In this document: one piece after another, positions 11,125 to 19,065 of the stretch
Position numbering within the stretch: position 1 is the first letter of the stretch
Layout of the letters: every line of letters starts with the position of its first letter
DNA from: Clostridia bacterium
GTDB lineage: Bacteria > Bacillota > Clostridia > Oscillospirales > Acutalibacteraceae
Direction of reading: 5' to 3'
Assembly: GCA_017550105.1 (NCBI GenBank)
Contig: JAFYLQ010000001.1
Coordinates: 34,566 to 98,565, forward strand
DNA length: 64,000 nucleotides
Position numbers and translations under genes: made by a program
The notes under the pieces: model-generated
Told to the model about the DNA's origin: nothing
Seen by the model: only the letters and a program-made list of their open reading frames with translations
Database searches by the model: none

Positions 11125-11832
11125 ATGAAAACTTACACAGTTCATTTAATAAGACACGCTCTTACCAAGGGAAACCTTGAGGGTCGTTACATAGGTCAGA
11201 CCGACGAGGAGCTTTGCCGAGAGGGAATTGAACAGCTTGAAAAAATGAAAGCGGACTATGATTACCCCTATCCCGAGGTCGTTTTTACAAGCACCTTAAA
11301 GCGTTGTGTACAGACCGCTAAAATCTTGTATCCCGATAAAACCCCCGTTGAAATGAGGGGCTTTGAGGAATGCGATTTCGGTGAGTTTGAGGGTCATACC
11401 GCCGATGAATTAAAGCCATACGAGGAATTCAGTCAGTGGCTTGCAGGCGGCGAGGACGCTAAGCCCCTTAATGGCGAAAGCAACAGTGAGTTTGCCACAA
11501 GGGTGTGCGATTGCTTTATTAAAACCGTTGACGGTCTTATAAAAACAGGTATGGGCAGTGCCGCCATAATTACCCATGGTGGCGTTATAATGTCAATACT
11601 TGCAGCATTCGGCTTACCCGAAATGCCCATGACCGAGTGGCTTTGCCCGTCAGGTTGCGGTTATACAATTCGTATAACTCCCTCATTGTGGAGCAGAATG
11701 AAAAAGTTTGAGGTAATAAACGAGGTTCCCGCAGAGCCTCTTACTGCGGCTCAGGAGGAGCGTCTTTGGGACTATTACAGTGAGCTTCCCGAGGATGATG
11801 ATTGGGATATTGAAGGTGATTTAAGTGTCTGA
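11125..11832 (+). CDS. Histidine phosphatase (phosphoglycerate mutase) family protein
   Basis: 235 aa with the N-terminal RHALT (RHG-type) motif. Confidence 0.8.
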   Translation: MKTYTVHLIRHALTKGNLEGRYIGQTDEELCREGIEQLEKMKADYDYPYPEVVFTSTLKRCVQTAKILYPDKTPVEMRGFEECDFGEFEGHTADELKPYEEFSQWLAGGEDAKPLNGESNSEFATRVCDCFIKTVDGLIKTGMGSAAIITHGGVIMSILAAFGLPEMPMTEWLCPSGCGYTIRITPSLWSRMKKFEVINEVPAEPLTAAQEERLWDYYSELPEDDDWDIEGDLSV

Positions 11833-12661
11833 TTATAAAATTTTTGCAAACCACGCCCATCTTTTTCCAAAAAACACAAAGCCCAATGGTGACATTGATT
11901 GCTTAAAGGCTTTGCTTAATGAATGTGAAATTGAGGGTTGTGTGTGCTTTTCACCCTTCTGGCATCAGATGGATATGTACGCTCACACAACGGGTCAGAA
12001 TCCTTGTGAGTGGACGGCAAATGCTCTTAAAAACGAGCCCGAGCTTGTGGGCTTCGGTACCATTAATTTTGACGCCACTGACCTTAAGGAGCAGGTTAAG
12101 AGAATCAAGGATTTAGGTCTTAAGGGCATAAAAATTCACCCTGCGGCACAAGAGGTAAACATTGCAGGCAAGGAGCTTTTTGAGGTTTACGAGGAGGCTC
12201 AGGAGCAGAACCTGTTCCTGTCATTCCACACGGGACTTCATTGGCACAGAATAGCGGATTATCAGATGCTTTTGTTTGACGAGGTTGCCTACAATTTTCC
12301 CAAGCTTCGCTTCAGTATGGAGCATATGGGCGGCTACAGCTTCTTCAGAGAGGCGCTTCTTGTTATGAACAATAATTCCCGCAATGAAATTCAGAACACC
12401 TTTGCAGGGTGGACGAGCATTGCTATGGAAACGGATGCTTTAGGTAACGAGCGTCAGGGTGCCTGGTCACTTACGGACGACGACCTTTGCACACTTATTC
12501 ATCAGACGGGTCACGAGCGTAGCATCTTCGGTCTTGATTTTCCCTATAAGGGAATTCCCGAAACAAAAGCCGCAATAGAGCGTATAAAAAATCTTCCCAT
12601 AACCGAGGAGGCTAAAAAGGGTATATTGGGTGATAATCTGAGAAGAATATTATCTGTATAA
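11825..12661 (+). CDS. Amidohydrolase-2 / TIM-barrel metal-dependent hydrolase family protein
   Basis: 278 aa with HAHLF, GIKIHP and FGLDFPY motifs. Confidence 0.7.
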   Translation: MSDYKIFANHAHLFPKNTKPNGDIDCLKALLNECEIEGCVCFSPFWHQMDMYAHTTGQNPCEWTANALKNEPELVGFGTINFDATDLKEQVKRIKDLGLKGIKIHPAAQEVNIAGKELFEVYEEAQEQNLFLSFHTGLHWHRIADYQMLLFDEVAYNFPKLRFSMEHMGGYSFFREALLVMNNNSRNEIQNTFAGWTSIAMETDALGNERQGAWSLTDDDLCTLIHQTGHERSIFGLDFPYKGIPETKAAIERIKNLPITEEAKKGILGDNLRRILSV

Positions 12662-12675
12662 AGCAGAAAAAGGAA

Positions 12676-13473
12676 TTGAATTTGATGATTATAGATTTTC
12701 ATACCCATGCTTTCCCTGAAAAAATAGCGGAAATGGCAATTGAAAAGCTGAGCTTCACTTCGGGTGGACTTATACCCCAGACCAACGGCACCATAGACAG
12801 TCTTAAATCACTTATGAAAAAAGACGGTGTTGATAAGAGTGTTGCTCTTGCGATTGCGACAAATGAAAAGCAACAGACTGCGGTTAATGATTTCATTGCA
12901 TCACAAAATTGTGACGAAATAATACCTTTTGGGTCTGTGTATCCTCACGCAGAAAATGCCATTGAGGAATTGGAGCGTATTCATTCAATGGGATTAAAGG
13001 GTATTAAGCTTCATCCCGAATATCAGCAATTTTTTGTGGATGATGAAAAAATGAAACCACTTTATAAAAGGATATCGGAGTTAGGTTTAATAGTTCTTTT
13101 TCATGCAGGGGAGGATTTCGGCTATCCTGCACCATACCACGCGACACCCGAGCGTCTGAGAAAAGCGGCAAAGTGGATTGATACACCAATGATTTGTGCC
13201 CATTGGGGCTCTGCCAATATGGGCGAGGATGTTTTAAAATACCTTTGCGATATACCCGTTTATTTCGATACCGCCTTTGGCTACGGTACAATGCCTAAGG
13301 ATAGAGCTCAACGTATTTTGGATAAAAAGGGAGCGGACTATATTCTTTTTGGCTCCGATTGTCCGTGGCATGCCCCCTCGTGGGAAATACGCTTGATTGA
13401 AAGCCTTGATATCTCCCAAGGTGACAAGGAAAAAATTTATCACCTGAATGCAGAGAAATTGTTAGGAATATAA
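12676..13473 (+). CDS. Amidohydrolase-2 / TIM-barrel metal-dependent hydrolase family protein
   Basis: 265 aa with DFHTH, GIKLHPEYQ and FGSDCPW motifs. Paralogue of the preceding gene. Confidence 0.7.
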   Translation: MNLMIIDFHTHAFPEKIAEMAIEKLSFTSGGLIPQTNGTIDSLKSLMKKDGVDKSVALAIATNEKQQTAVNDFIASQNCDEIIPFGSVYPHAENAIEELERIHSMGLKGIKLHPEYQQFFVDDEKMKPLYKRISELGLIVLFHAGEDFGYPAPYHATPERLRKAAKWIDTPMICAHWGSANMGEDVLKYLCDIPVYFDTAFGYGTMPKDRAQRILDKKGADYILFGSDCPWHAPSWEIRLIESLDISQGDKEKIYHLNAEKLLGI

Positions 13474-13475
13474 AA

Positions 13476-13515
13476 AAATCGGTTAAGTCTGTTGTGGGCT
13501 TAACCGATTTTTTAT
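13476..13515. terminator. Bidirectional rho-independent terminator
   Basis: Stem AATCGGTTAAG / CTTAACCGATT flanked by an A-run and a T-run, between convergent genes. Confidence 0.7.
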
Positions 13516-13751
13516 TATGCTTTAAATATAAAAAATTTGTATATATCAACTTCCAAGACGTCAGCAATTTTAAAAAGTAAGTCCAAAGAAACACCTACTG
13601 CGGCACGTTCGATTTTACTTAAATGTGTTTGGTCGATATCTACTTTTTCTGCAAGTGCTTCTTGTGTGTAATTTTTTAATCTTCTGTAAAAGGCGATGTT
13701 TAATCCTATCATTTTATATTCGTTATAAAATTGTTTATCCATTGCAATCAT
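13515..13751 (-). CDS. Small XRE-family HTH protein
   Basis: 78 aa with an HTH_3 pattern. AT-rich codon usage. Confidence 0.75.
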   Translation of the reverse strand: MIAMDKQFYNEYKMIGLNIAFYRRLKNYTQEALAEKVDIDQTHLSKIERAAVGVSLDLLFKIADVLEVDIYKFFIFKA

Positions 13752-13828
13752 CTCTTTAAATTAATTATGATTTTATTATACCCATATTTGACGCAAGATT
13801 TTAGAGCCTTAAAAGACAGTTTTATGTA

Positions 13829-13857
13829 TTGACATTGCATAAAAATTGTGCTACACT
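13829..13857 (+). promoter_or_regulatory. Sigma-70-type promoter TTGACA-17 nt-TACACT
   Basis: Read in the sequence about 25 nt upstream of the 13882 start. Confidence 0.5.
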
Positions 13858-13881
13858 GAATTTGTCGAATGGTGGGATAAT

Positions 13882-14121
13882 ATGTTTGCCGAAGAGTTGA
13901 GAAAACAAAGAGAAAGATGCGGTTTTTCGCAAGAAGAGGTTGAGGAAATACTTGCTCTTAAAAAGGGTACGGTAAATAAATGGGAAACAGGCAAAAAAGA
14001 ACCTAACCTTAATACTCTTGTACTTATTTCAAATTTATTTTTATGTACAACCGACACTTTACTCGGGAAGAAAAAATTTGACTGCAGGAAAGAGGATTTA
14101 TATGGAACAAATAATAAATAA
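13882..14121 (+). CDS. Small XRE-family HTH protein
   Basis: HTH_3 pattern (LRKQRERCGFSQEEVEEILALKKGTVNKWE). I prefer the ATG at 13882, which follows GGTGGG. Confidence 0.75.
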   Translation: MFAEELRKQRERCGFSQEEVEEILALKKGTVNKWETGKKEPNLNTLVLISNLFLCTTDTLLGKKKFDCRKEDLYGTNNK

Positions 14122-14788
14122 AGGTTGTGTTGTAACAGATACAGGAAAGTATGAACGCTATGCTGTAAAAACTCATTTTGTGAACGAGGGCGAAAATTAT
14201 TTTGAAATTTTTCAAAAATATGTCGTTCCGTTTGCAAAAGAAGATGATATTGTTCTTTGTGGTGAAAAGGTTGTTGCACTTTGCCAGAATAGAATTGTAA
14301 GAAAAAGCGAAATGAAGCTTTCCTTTGCGGCAAAGTTTTTATCAAAATTTGCTTCTGTATCTTCTACAGGTATCGGTGTGAACGAACCATATAAAATGCA
14401 GTTTGCAATTGATACAGTTGGTTTGCCTAAGGTTGTTTATGCATCTGTTGCAGCAGGCATAGGTAAAGTGTTTAGAAAAAAAGGTGTATTTTATGAAATC
14501 GTCGGTATTGAAGTGAGTGGACTTGATGGTTTTTACGGAAACGTATGGGAAAAATACGGGGAAATGGGTATTCTTATTCCTGAAAAGCCGAAAGAGTTCT
14601 GTGAGGAATTATATAATAAATTTAACATAAAAACAGTGATTGTGGATGCAAATGATATAGGACAGGAAGTGCTGGGTAAAACTAATAAAATAGAGTTGAC
14701 TGATAAACAAATAGTTGAAATGATAAGGGATAACCCGGCAGGACAAGGCAGAGAATGCACACCGTTTATAGTTGTGAGAAAAATGTAG
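14102..14788 (+). CDS. CofE-like (F420-0:gamma-glutamyl ligase family) domain protein, function unknown
   Basis: The C-terminal NPAGQGRECTPFIVVR and the overall pattern resemble the CofE fold. The ATG at 14102 follows AGGAAAGAGGA. The start overlaps the end of the upstream HTH gene. Confidence 0.55.
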   Translation: MEQIINKGCVVTDTGKYERYAVKTHFVNEGENYFEIFQKYVVPFAKEDDIVLCGEKVVALCQNRIVRKSEMKLSFAAKFLSKFASVSSTGIGVNEPYKMQFAIDTVGLPKVVYASVAAGIGKVFRKKGVFYEIVGIEVSGLDGFYGNVWEKYGEMGILIPEKPKEFCEELYNKFNIKTVIVDANDIGQEVLGKTNKIELTDKQIVEMIRDNPAGQGRECTPFIVVRKM

Positions 14789-14791
14789 AGT

Positions 14792-14836
14792 AAAAAACAG
14801 TCGAAATGAAAAAATTCATCTCGACTGTTTTTTTAT
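14792..14836. terminator. Bidirectional terminator
   Basis: Stem AAAAACAGTCGA / TCGACTGTTTTT between convergent genes. Confidence 0.7.
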
Positions 14837-16122
14837 TTTATAACCTTATAAATCAACGGCTCTTTGGGTGGCTCGTTTTCTGAAAATTCAAGAGCTTCAA
14901 GGAAGCGCTTTTCTGCATTTTCAAAGGAGCTTTTGTTACAGGAGTAAAGAGTTGCCAAAAGGTCGCCCTTGTTTATTTTATCCCCTGTTTTTTTATTAAG
15001 GATGATACCTGCGCTCATATCAATGGTATCGTCCTTTTTTTCACGCCCTGCACCTAAAATTACTGCACAAACGCCGATTTTTTCTGCATCGGCACTTAAA
15101 ATATAGCCGTCGCAGGGAGCGGTTATTTCGTAGGAATGGTCCGCTTTTTTGAATACAGGGTCGGGTGTCACGGAGCCCTGAGCCACAATCCACTCCTTGA
15201 ATTTTGCCAAAGCCTTTTTAGTGTAAAGGGCATCCTCAGTAAGCCTTCGTGCGGCCTCGGCACTGATGTTTTTAGTAACGGATACTAGCTGAGTCGCAAG
15301 TGCAAGGCAAACCTCTTTTAAATCCTCGGGGCCCTCACCGTTTAGAACCTCAAGAGCCTCCTGAACCTCAAGGGCATTACCTATATTGTTGCCCAAGGGT
15401 CTGTTCATATTGGTAATAAGTGCGGTTGTATTTCTGGCGCAGGCCTTACCTATTTTAACCATTTCTTTTGCAAGACCTTCTGCATCCTCGGGGGTTTTCA
15501 TAAATGCGCCCGAGCCGTATTTTACGTCCAGAACAATATTTTTAGAGCCTGCCGCAAGTTTTTTTGACATAATGCTTGATGCAATCAGGGGCATACTGTC
15601 AACTGTTGCCGTAACGTCACGAAGAGCGTAAAGCTTTTTGTCCGCAGGGGTAAGGTTACCCGTCTGACCAACAACGGCAATGCCGATTTTTTCAACCTGA
15701 CTGAAAAATTCTTCGGGCGAAAGTGCCGTGTTAAAGCCCTCTATGGATTCTAATTTATCAATGGTACCGCCTGTGTGACCCAAACCCCGACCGCTCATTT
15801 TAGCCATAACACAACCAAGGGATGCGCAAATGGGTGCCACTATAAGGGTGGTTTTGTCACCTACACCGCCCGTGCTGTGTTTATCCGCAGTAAGAGTGCC
15901 GAAGCGTGAAAGGTCAACGGTGTCACCTGAATTTGCCATTGCCATGGTAAGGTTAGCGGTTTCCTCCTCGGTCATACCCTTATAAAACACCGCCATACAA
16001 AAAGCGGATGCCTGATAATCGGGAATTGTGCCGTCAACGTAGCCCTTTATAAAAAAATCTATTTCCTCTTTAGTTAAAGAAAAGCCGTCACGCTTTTTTT
16101 TGATAACGTCGTACATTCTCAT
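14833..16122 (-). CDS. pdp: Pyrimidine-nucleoside (thymidine) phosphorylase
   Basis: 429 aa with KHSTGGVGDK and SGRGLGHTGGT motifs. Confidence 0.92.
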   Translation of the reverse strand: MRMYDVIKKKRDGFSLTKEEIDFFIKGYVDGTIPDYQASAFCMAVFYKGMTEEETANLTMAMANSGDTVDLSRFGTLTADKHSTGGVGDKTTLIVAPICASLGCVMAKMSGRGLGHTGGTIDKLESIEGFNTALSPEEFFSQVEKIGIAVVGQTGNLTPADKKLYALRDVTATVDSMPLIASSIMSKKLAAGSKNIVLDVKYGSGAFMKTPEDAEGLAKEMVKIGKACARNTTALITNMNRPLGNNIGNALEVQEALEVLNGEGPEDLKEVCLALATQLVSVTKNISAEAARRLTEDALYTKKALAKFKEWIVAQGSVTPDPVFKKADHSYEITAPCDGYILSADAEKIGVCAVILGAGREKKDDTIDMSAGIILNKKTGDKINKGDLLATLYSCNKSSFENAEKRFLEALEFSENEPPKEPLIYKVIK

Positions 16123-16126
16123 AAAA

Positions 16127-16534
16127 TTACCTCACGTTTTCGGGTGAAAATGAATAGGGGAGCAGGTCTTTTAAGGTGACAACCTTAAAATCATTTTCGC
16201 TTTCGCCTAAAACAATCTGAAAATTATCATCACAAAACTCTCGTAAAACCTGACGGCAAACACCGCAAGGGGCAAAAATACCGTTAACGTTACCGTCTTT
16301 TTCGCCAACAACGGCAATTTTTAAAAAGTCTCTTTCGCCCTCGTTTACGGCTTTAAAAATTGCAACTCTTTCGGCACAAATAGTGGGTGAAAAAGCGGCA
16401 TTTTCAATGTTGGCACCTGTAAAGACCCTGCCGTTTTTACAAAGGAGCGCCGCACCCACCTTGCAATTTGAGTAAGGTGAGTAGGATTTTTCCATTTCTT
16501 TTATTGCTATTGAAAGTAATTCCTTATCAGTCAT
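16127..16534 (-). CDS. cdd: Cytidine deaminase
   Basis: 135 aa with CAER and PCGVCRQ zinc motifs. Confidence 0.92.
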   Translation of the reverse strand: MTDKELLSIAIKEMEKSYSPYSNCKVGAALLCKNGRVFTGANIENAAFSPTICAERVAIFKAVNEGERDFLKIAVVGEKDGNVNGIFAPCGVCRQVLREFCDDNFQIVLGESENDFKVVTLKDLLPYSFSPENVR

Positions 16535-16538
16535 AAAA

Positions 16539-17660
16539 TCACGCTTTCAAAAGATTTTTAACTTGTTGTGAAATATAATCAAAGCCCTCGATAGTACCCT
16601 TATTTTCGGGTTCAATATTTTTTGAATAAAGTATAAAGGGCACGTATTCACGAGTATGGTCGGTACCCTTGAAGCCGGGGTCACAACCGTGGTCGGCGGT
16701 AATAATAAGAGCGTCGTCGGACTTCATATTGTTAATAAAAGTACCGAGCCATTTGTCAAATTCCGTGAATGCCCTTGCGTAGCCGTTGGTATCATTACGG
16801 TGACCGTAAACCATATCAAAGTCCACAAGATTAATAAAGCAAAGTCCGTTGAAATCCTTGCTTTGGTATTCTGAGGTTTTGTTCATTCCGTCCGTATTGT
16901 TTTTTGTGTAGGTGTATTCCGTAATACCCTTACCTGCAAAAATATCGTTGATTTTGCCCACGGCAATAACGTCAAAGCCCTCGGCTTTTAATTCGTCAAG
17001 CACAGTTTCCTTCGGAGGTTCAAGTGAAAAATCGTGACGGTTTGCGGTTCTTTTAAAGGGGTATTTGCCCTCAAAGGGTCGGGCAATTACTCTGCCGATG
17101 CCCCATTCACCAACCAACATTTCACGGGCAATTCGGCAGTAATTATACAATTGCTCAGTAGGTACTATATCCTCGTGAGCGGCTATCTGAAAAACGCTGT
17201 CCGCAGAGGTGTACACAATAAGTGCGCCACTTTCAAGGTGCTCGTTACCGTAGTCCTTTATAACCTCGGTGCCCGAATAGGTTTTGTTGCAAATAACCCT
17301 GCGACCCGTTCGTTTTTCGAACTCACTAATTAAATCATCGGGGAAGCCGTTGGGGAAGGTGGGCAAGGGCTTTTGGGATATAACCCCTGCAATTTCCCAA
17401 TGACCGATTGTTGTGTCCTTACCTTTTGAGATTTCCTTAAGCCTTGCAACCCTTGATTTTAACGTGCCTTCACCAAGAAAGGAAAGCCCGTCAATATGGG
17501 TGTAGCCCAAGGAACGAAGGGTATTAATATTAAATTCAGGTGAATTTGAAATGGTGCGGATTGTGCTGCAGCCTTCATCACCGAAATATGCCGAATCAGG
17601 CGCTTCGCCGATGCCACAGCTATCCAGAACTATAAGAAAAACTCTTTTGAATTTATCCAT
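16539..17660 (-). CDS. deoB: Phosphopentomutase
   Basis: 373 aa with LDSCGIG and TADHGCDP motifs. Confidence 0.92.
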   Translation of the reverse strand: MDKFKRVFLIVLDSCGIGEAPDSAYFGDEGCSTIRTISNSPEFNINTLRSLGYTHIDGLSFLGEGTLKSRVARLKEISKGKDTTIGHWEIAGVISQKPLPTFPNGFPDDLISEFEKRTGRRVICNKTYSGTEVIKDYGNEHLESGALIVYTSADSVFQIAAHEDIVPTEQLYNYCRIAREMLVGEWGIGRVIARPFEGKYPFKRTANRHDFSLEPPKETVLDELKAEGFDVIAVGKINDIFAGKGITEYTYTKNNTDGMNKTSEYQSKDFNGLCFINLVDFDMVYGHRNDTNGYARAFTEFDKWLGTFINNMKSDDALIITADHGCDPGFKGTDHTREYVPFILYSKNIEPENKGTIEGFDYISQQVKNLLKA

Positions 17661-18396
17661 TTAAGCTTACCGCCGTTTCAAGTGAAAGTTTCATCATATC
17701 AGTAAAGGTGTTCTGTCTTTCCTCTGCAGAAAGACCTTCGCCTGTTAAAAGGTGGTCGGAAACCGTGAGAATTGCAAGAGCATTTTTGCCCGAGCGTGCC
17801 GCATTCATATAAAGGGCGGCGGCTTCCATTTCAACACCTAAAACACCCATTTTACCCCATAAAGCGGTGGGTGTCATATTATCGGGAACGTCACTTAAAT
17901 CGTTGTAAAAAATATCTGATGAAAGCACGTTGCCCACACAATATTGAAGCTTTAATTCGTCCGCTTTGTCAACTGCGGTTTTAAGAAGCTTAAAGTCTGC
18001 AATGGGAGAAAAGGTGCCCGGTAGATTAAAGGTGTGAGCATAGCTTGAGTCCGTACAAGCACCCTGAGCGATGATGATATCACGAACCCTTACCTTTTCG
18101 CTCATACCGCCTGCAGAGCCTACTCGGATAATATTATCCACGTCAAAGAAATTAAAAAGCTCGTGGGAGTAAATGCCGATTGAGGGCATACCCATACCCG
18201 AAGCCATAACCGAAACGGGCGTACCCTTATAGGTACCCGTATAGCCGTGAATGCCACGGACGTTATTGACTAATTTTGCGTTTTCAAGAAAATTTTCTGC
18301 GATGAATTTTGCTCTTAAGGGGTCACCGGGCATAAGCACGGTTTTGGCAAAATCCAACGGTGTCGCATTAATATGTGGTGTGGGGTAGTTTTTCAT
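17653..18396 (-). CDS. deoD: Purine nucleoside phosphorylase, DeoD type
   Basis: Begins MKNYPTPHINA, with GMGMPS and VEMEAAAL motifs. I chose the start at 18396, which follows GGAGG. The longer ORF in the track extends back to 18492, into the repeat. Confidence 0.9.
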   Translation of the reverse strand: MKNYPTPHINATPLDFAKTVLMPGDPLRAKFIAENFLENAKLVNNVRGIHGYTGTYKGTPVSVMASGMGMPSIGIYSHELFNFFDVDNIIRVGSAGGMSEKVRVRDIIIAQGACTDSSYAHTFNLPGTFSPIADFKLLKTAVDKADELKLQYCVGNVLSSDIFYNDLSDVPDNMTPTALWGKMGVLGVEMEAAALYMNAARSGKNALAILTVSDHLLTGEGLSAEERQNTFTDMMKLSLETAVSLNG

Positions 18397-18450
18397 AGTT
18401 GGTCCTCCGATAGAGATTTTTTGTGTCTTTATATCTAAAAGAGTGATGTT

Positions 18451-18519
18451 TAAAATCACTTGCGAAGCAAACATCACTGCTTGCAACATCACTACGAAGT
18501 AACATCACTTGACGTAAGG
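18451..18519. repeat. 69-bp perfect direct repeat, left copy (forward-word half-array AACATCACT)
   Basis: Identical to 18988..19056. Contains the GCGAAGC mini-hairpin. Confidence 0.9.
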
Positions 18520-18533
18520 GAAACATCACAATT

Positions 18534-18887
18534 TTAATTATTCTTCTTAGCAGTGGTTATGCTTTTTACGAGCATACGATGAATAACTCCGCAATCCTGC
18601 AATATAGAATCTTTAGTTTTCTCATCAATACAACTAACTCCAAACAGAATATCAATCCAATATTCCGTTTCTACACACTCTTTAAGTGCAATTTGCATTT
18701 TGTTTATAAAATCGGCTTTACTGGCGCCATAATTAGCTTCATATATATTGGCACCAATAGATGTTGCGCTCTTGGTTATCTGATTTATTAAAACTCCACG
18801 TCCTTTTCGTGAGTCTATGTTATCGCACATTTCTATCACATCAATTGCAAATTTTCTTGATCTCGTCCTGAGTTCAGATTCTTTCAT
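18534..18887 (-). CDS. Four-helix-bundle protein (PF05635 / TIGR02436; 23S rRNA intervening-sequence protein / Avd-like family)
   Basis: 117 aa with the family pattern SIGANIYEA...ADFINKMQIALKECVETEYW. RBS AAGGAG. Confidence 0.85.
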   Translation of the reverse strand: MKESELRTRSRKFAIDVIEMCDNIDSRKGRGVLINQITKSATSIGANIYEANYGASKADFINKMQIALKECVETEYWIDILFGVSCIDEKTKDSILQDCGVIHRMLVKSITTAKKNN

Positions 18888-18899
18888 AATTACACTCCT

Positions 18900-19056
18900 T
18901 TGTGATGTTGTGCTGAAGCACAGTGAAGTTATGCTAAGGCATAGTGATGTTTTTATCCACGGATAAAAGTGATGTTAAGTTTGCCCTTAAAATCACTTGC
19001 GAAGCAAACATCACTGCTTGCAACATCACTACGAAGTAACATCACTTGACGTAAGG
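18900..19056. repeat. Mirrored word-hairpin array: 4 reverse words (AGTGATGTT-like), then 4 forward words (AACATCACT-like), each separated by a mini-hairpin
   Basis: Reverse words at 18901, 18922, 18943 and 18968; forward words at 18989, 19007, 19022 and 19038. Includes the right copy of the 69-bp repeat (18988..19056). Confidence 0.85.
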
Positions 19057-19065
19057 CAAACTTAG

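Noticed and set aside
13851-14345. 164-aa minus-strand ORF
   Set aside because: It is antisense to the two better-supported plus-strand genes (the HTH and the CofE-like protein). It is low-complexity and has no RBS.
17653-18492. N-terminally extended starts for deoD (18492), DUF1846 (36091), the immunity gene (37306), glgC (6697) and others in the ORF track
   Set aside because: The internal ATGs have canonical RBSs at the proper spacing and match the conserved N-termini of the families. The extensions run into repeats or lack an RBS.
18951-18966. DnaA box (TTATCCAC) and a possible origin of replication near rsmG/noc
   Set aside because: This is a single box forming one arm of an array mini-hairpin. 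There is no dnaA gene, no box cluster and no AT-rich unwinding element in context.
18437-19061. Could the word-hairpin arrays be CRISPR arrays?
   Set aside because: The repeats are only 7-9 nt. The spacers are 7-16 nt self-complementary hairpins. The arrays are mirrored, and the window has no cas genes.
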